A stretch of DNA of 64,000 nucleotides from Candidatus Heimdallarchaeota archaeon. GTDB taxonomy: Archaea; Asgardarchaeota; Heimdallarchaeia; JABLTI01. The DNA is taken from assembly GCA_018238155.1 (NCBI GenBank), contig JABCTZ010000001.1:1-64000 (forward strand). Reading direction: 5' to 3'. Made by a program: the position numbers and the translations under genes. Each line of letters opens with the position of its first letter. Within the stretch, counting starts at the first letter, position 1. The notes below the pieces were generated by a model. That model made no database searches and had not been told where the DNA came from. It saw nothing but the letters and a program-made list of their open reading frames with translations. Below are positions 60,986 through 64,000 of the stretch, one piece after another.

Positions 60986-62602
60986 TTAAAATTTAATATA
61001 TTCAATCCTTGGCAAAGAGTTCTGTGGGAATCTTGAAAGAAGCACTCCTTGAGAGGAAATGGAAGATATATCTCTTACTTTTGAGATTCTTGGATTCATG
61101 CTATCAACTATTGATACTAATTGATTCATATTTGCTATTTGTCCGCTGTGGAGGCAATATCGAATCATACTCGATGGAGTTAATGCTTCATAAATTGGTA
61201 TTGACAACTTTTTGGATATTTCGTTTCGGAAATTGCTGAAATTCCCTTCAGAGAGATTTCTATTATGTGTATCGTGATATATTTTTCTAATTATTGCTGG
61301 TGGAACACCCTTGAAAGCAAAGGCATACAATTCCAGAGAAGATGGATCGAAATACAATTCATGTACAACACCTACCAATGATCTATCTGGTGATAGTACT
61401 CTCCGTCCTAATAACCCTGCATTTTCTGCTAGAGTTAAAACTTGAGAGTTTTGATTTAAAATTGGTTGATTATTTATATAATTAATCGCACTAACAGGAA
61501 CTGAAGCGAAATAGGAATTAATTAATTTCAACAAATCAATTCCAAGTTTGTTCTGAATAGAATATTTTACTACATTTTCAGGATATAGTGCCTGTTCTTT
61601 ATCCACTCCAAATGAATCCACTATTAGTTGTTGTAATCTGTCTTCAATTACTTTTGGATTTGAGGATGATCGCAATCTTGAAGGTCCTACTACAGCTATA
61701 TCACGAATTACTGCTAGAGAAGGTCTATCTGTTGCAATTATCGCGAAACTACTCCCAATGATGTTTATATCACCGATTAATTTCCCAATAGTGATTCCTT
61801 TCCATTTGATCCAAATGTCCTCTCCTGGTGGTGGTCTAGTTGGCTCATGAGTTACCCTTTGAGCGTTAGTTTGTATTGGTTCTGCTTTTGGTTGAGGTGT
61901 AGCAATAGCTCTTTGTTTTGTTGATTTTCTTTGTTTCTCTGATTTGGTCCAATCTTCTTTTTTAAACTCTACATCTGCAATTTTTGATAATTTTTTAGCT
62001 ACAGAATGAGTGTTCTTTTGAATCTTTAATAAGCGCTTTCTCTCTAAATCCAATTCCTTCTTTTTTGCTGTATCCATTGCAGCATCGATTGCAAGCTCAT
62101 CTATGTTTTGATTAATAACAGTGCTCAGTTGTTCAATTAATTCTAATGATTTTGGTATTCCTTGGATTAGCGTTTCTCTTTTGGCTTTAATTGTTAACAA
62201 TAACGTTTCGTATTCTCTTTTTTTACTTTTTATTGCTGATTCTGTAACACTACCTTTTGCTGCCAGCTCATCTAGTTTTTTGATTCGAACTTGAACACTT
62301 TTCTTTTCTTCTTCAATATACTCCAATCTTCTAATAAAACTTTGAACATTTACATGGATAGTTTCAAGGTCAGGTATAATTGCTTCGTAAGTTGCAAAAC
62401 CATCTCGAATATATGATTTCTCTTCGGCTGATTCTAAAACGTGATAGTAATTTTTCTTTAACGTTTCATATAATTCATCACTGATATCTCGCTTCCTTTT
62501 TCTTATATCTAGTTCCTCAATTAAAGTTAAAATATAGTTTTTGCCGAAATTTTCCAATTGAATTTCATTTTTAGCCAAATGGTTTGAACCCCTTGCTGTC
62601 AT
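60986..62602 (-). CDS. CdvA-like coiled-coil protein with C-terminal PRC-barrel-like repeats
   Basis: N-terminal coiled coil with LEELxxxGxIxxxxY-like motifs; C-terminal LLGRRVLSPDRSLVGVVHELYFD PRC-barrel pattern and an internal duplication. Confidence 0.6.
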   Translation of the reverse strand: MTARGSNHLAKNEIQLENFGKNYILTLIEELDIRKRKRDISDELYETLKKNYYHVLESAEEKSYIRDGFATYEAIIPDLETIHVNVQSFIRRLEYIEEEKKSVQVRIKKLDELAAKGSVTESAIKSKKREYETLLLTIKAKRETLIQGIPKSLELIEQLSTVINQNIDELAIDAAMDTAKKKELDLERKRLLKIQKNTHSVAKKLSKIADVEFKKEDWTKSEKQRKSTKQRAIATPQPKAEPIQTNAQRVTHEPTRPPPGEDIWIKWKGITIGKLIGDINIIGSSFAIIATDRPSLAVIRDIAVVGPSRLRSSSNPKVIEDRLQQLIVDSFGVDKEQALYPENVVKYSIQNKLGIDLLKLINSYFASVPVSAINYINNQPILNQNSQVLTLAENAGLLGRRVLSPDRSLVGVVHELYFDPSSLELYAFAFKGVPPAIIRKIYHDTHNRNLSEGNFSNFRNEISKKLSIPIYEALTPSSMIRYCLHSGQIANMNQLVSIVDSMNPRISKVRDISSISSQGVLLSRFPQNSLPRIEYIKF

Positions 62603-62756
62603 TGTTGATAGAGAAGATATCTACGTTATAGTACTATTAGCTACATAATACCATTTTAATATTTAGTAATGGATTTAGTCCTAAAAGATAATATCTTTTT
62701 CGCTCAGAAATATCAAAAGCATATTATATTCATTTAATAATTTTTGTTTAATCGTT

Positions 62757-63401
62757 GTGATAATTATGAAAGAGATTATCTTAGCCTCTGCATCACCAAG
62801 GCGTCATGAATTGCTTACTCTAATTGGAATTCCTCATATTGTTATTCCTTGTAAAGAAGAAGAAGGTCAAGTAACAAATAATGCTTCAAAATCTTCTGCT
62901 TCAGAAAAAAAACAAGAAACAATAGAAGAAAGCATCTTACAAGTAGCATGTCAAAAAGCACTATGTGTTGCGAAAACATTATCTCCTGCAAAAAAGAAAT
63001 CTGCTTTAATTTTGGGTGCAGATACTATTGTAGTACTAAATGATGAGATTATTGGAAAACCTTCTTCCCTTGAAGATGCTTTTGAAATGCTCAAGAGATT
63101 AACTGGGAATGTTCATGAAGTTTATACTGGTTTATGTTTGTATGACCTTGAGGTTGATCGATTATATTCTGGAGTTGAGAAAACTTTAGTGAGTATGATT
63201 TCTTGTTCTGATAGTAGAATTCAAGCGTATATTGCATCTGAGCATATTTTGGACAAAGCAGGCGCATATGCTGTTCAAGGAATTGGTGCAGCGCTAATTG
63301 ATCATATAGATGGTTGTTTCTATAATGTAATGGGACTACCTCTTAGCAGATTAACCAATATTTTGGATGAGATTGGATATCCTTTTCTCAAAACTAAATA
63401 G
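62757..63401 (+). CDS. maf: Maf/YhdE-type nucleoside triphosphate pyrophosphatase
   Basis: IILASASPRR, LGADTIV, GKP, DKAGAYAVQG, NVMGLP; likely start ATG 62766. Confidence 0.93.
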   Translation: MIIMKEIILASASPRRHELLTLIGIPHIVIPCKEEEGQVTNNASKSSASEKKQETIEESILQVACQKALCVAKTLSPAKKKSALILGADTIVVLNDEIIGKPSSLEDAFEMLKRLTGNVHEVYTGLCLYDLEVDRLYSGVEKTLVSMISCSDSRIQAYIASEHILDKAGAYAVQGIGAALIDHIDGCFYNVMGLPLSRLTNILDEIGYPFLKTK

Positions 63402-63544
63402 TGATATCTCAAACCATTGTTTCGAATAGAAGGATTTTTTATTTGAAAAATTGAGATTGGAGAGAAACAAAGCTAAAAGAAAACTTTTTAATATCAAAGT
63501 AAAACCAAAATAAAGCAGAATAAGAAAACACTTGAGGTCTACTA

Positions 63545-64000
63545 TTGAATTCAAAGAAACTCTCAGCAGTATTCATAATACTTGCAATGGTATTTGTAAC
63601 GTCAGTTCAATTTATCTCACCAACTGAGACAAAAGCATCAGTTATTGAAGATTCTATTATTTTAACCCCTCGAAGCTCTGATGTGGTAATAACCAAAAAG
63701 ATTGTTGCATCTAATGGAAGCTTGCTTGAATTCTATAATACTTATTCAGAGGAGACTTTCTCCGTCATTGTTGAAGTTACAAACACAGCAAGTGAAGTTC
63801 TTCATAATGCTAGCATGACTTCACCTGAAATTAACGTCACAGATATGAGAGAAATCATCAGTCAATCTGTCTATGAAGAAGAATGGTTTAAAATTTTAGG
63901 TAATGGTTCACAATTCTTTGGTGATATTAATCCCGGTCAATCCAAGAGTGTTTCTTATACAATTGGATTCGAAGAGGAATATTACGATACGGTTATTCAA
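63545..64000 (+). CDS. Secreted Ig-like (CARDB/TRAP-beta-like) protein, 3'-partial
   Basis: GAGGT site, TTG 63545, open to the window end; signal peptide; VITKKI...VIVEVTN...GDINPGQSKSVSYTI; not in the ORF track. Confidence 0.7.
   Translation, partial: MNSKKLSAVFIILAMVFVTSVQFISPTETKASVIEDSIILTPRSSDVVITKKIVASNGSLLEFYNTYSEETFSVIVEVTNTASEVLHNASMTSPEINVTDMREIISQSVYEEEWFKILGNGSQFFGDINPGQSKSVSYTIGFEEEYYDTVIQ

Noticed and set aside
1-64000. Short ORFs antisense to or nested in long genes (e.g. 231-473, 4793-5146, 19458-19754, 40023-40442, 42714-43031, 55867-56254)
   Set aside because: They overlap well-supported genes and lack protein-like motifs; shadow ORFs
1-64000. tRNA, rRNA, IS element or prophage
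   Set aside because: No GC-rich structured intergenic segment, transposase, integrase or virion gene was recognised by eye; a covariance-model scan would be needed to exclude small RNAs

Overview
AT-rich, gene-dense chromosomal segment, most likely from an Asgard archaeon (Heimdallarchaeia-like). This is inferred from a Rab/Ras-like small GTPase, a TPR-longin-like fusion, an Asgard-type RING variant, PCI-like winged helices, a 22-aa LRR protein, GGAG/GGTGA ribosome-binding sites and many TTG starts. About 55 coding regions are supported. I saw no rRNA, tRNA, CRISPR array, integrase or transposase. Housekeeping or accessory genes include an ABC exporter, oligopeptidase B, MsrA, Maf, a P-type ATPase, a CaCA exchanger, a DUF89 phosphatase, methyl- and acetyltransferases, and a block of large surface proteins at 11-20.6 kb. 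The best candidate for an undescribed system is a receptor-like membrane protein (13217-15661) with four extracellular Ig-like repeats, one TM helix, a coiled coil, a PCI-like winged helix, a Zn ribbon and a C-terminal RING, i.e. a putative cell-surface E3 ubiquitin ligase. Other strong candidates are a domain-permuted CdvA-like coiled-coil/double PRC-barrel protein divergent from maf, a methyltransferase-small GTPase-Zn/effector operon, a stand-alone PKS dehydratase fused to half a PPTase, an N-terminally truncated Pelota paralog and a kinase-N-lobe-only membrane protein. Reading outside the ORF track also revealed probable ATT starts (MsrA and one other gene), several frameshifted remnants including a hidden M14 carboxypeptidase, and an unlisted secreted ORF at the right edge. 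All family assignments come from visual motif recognition, not database searches.
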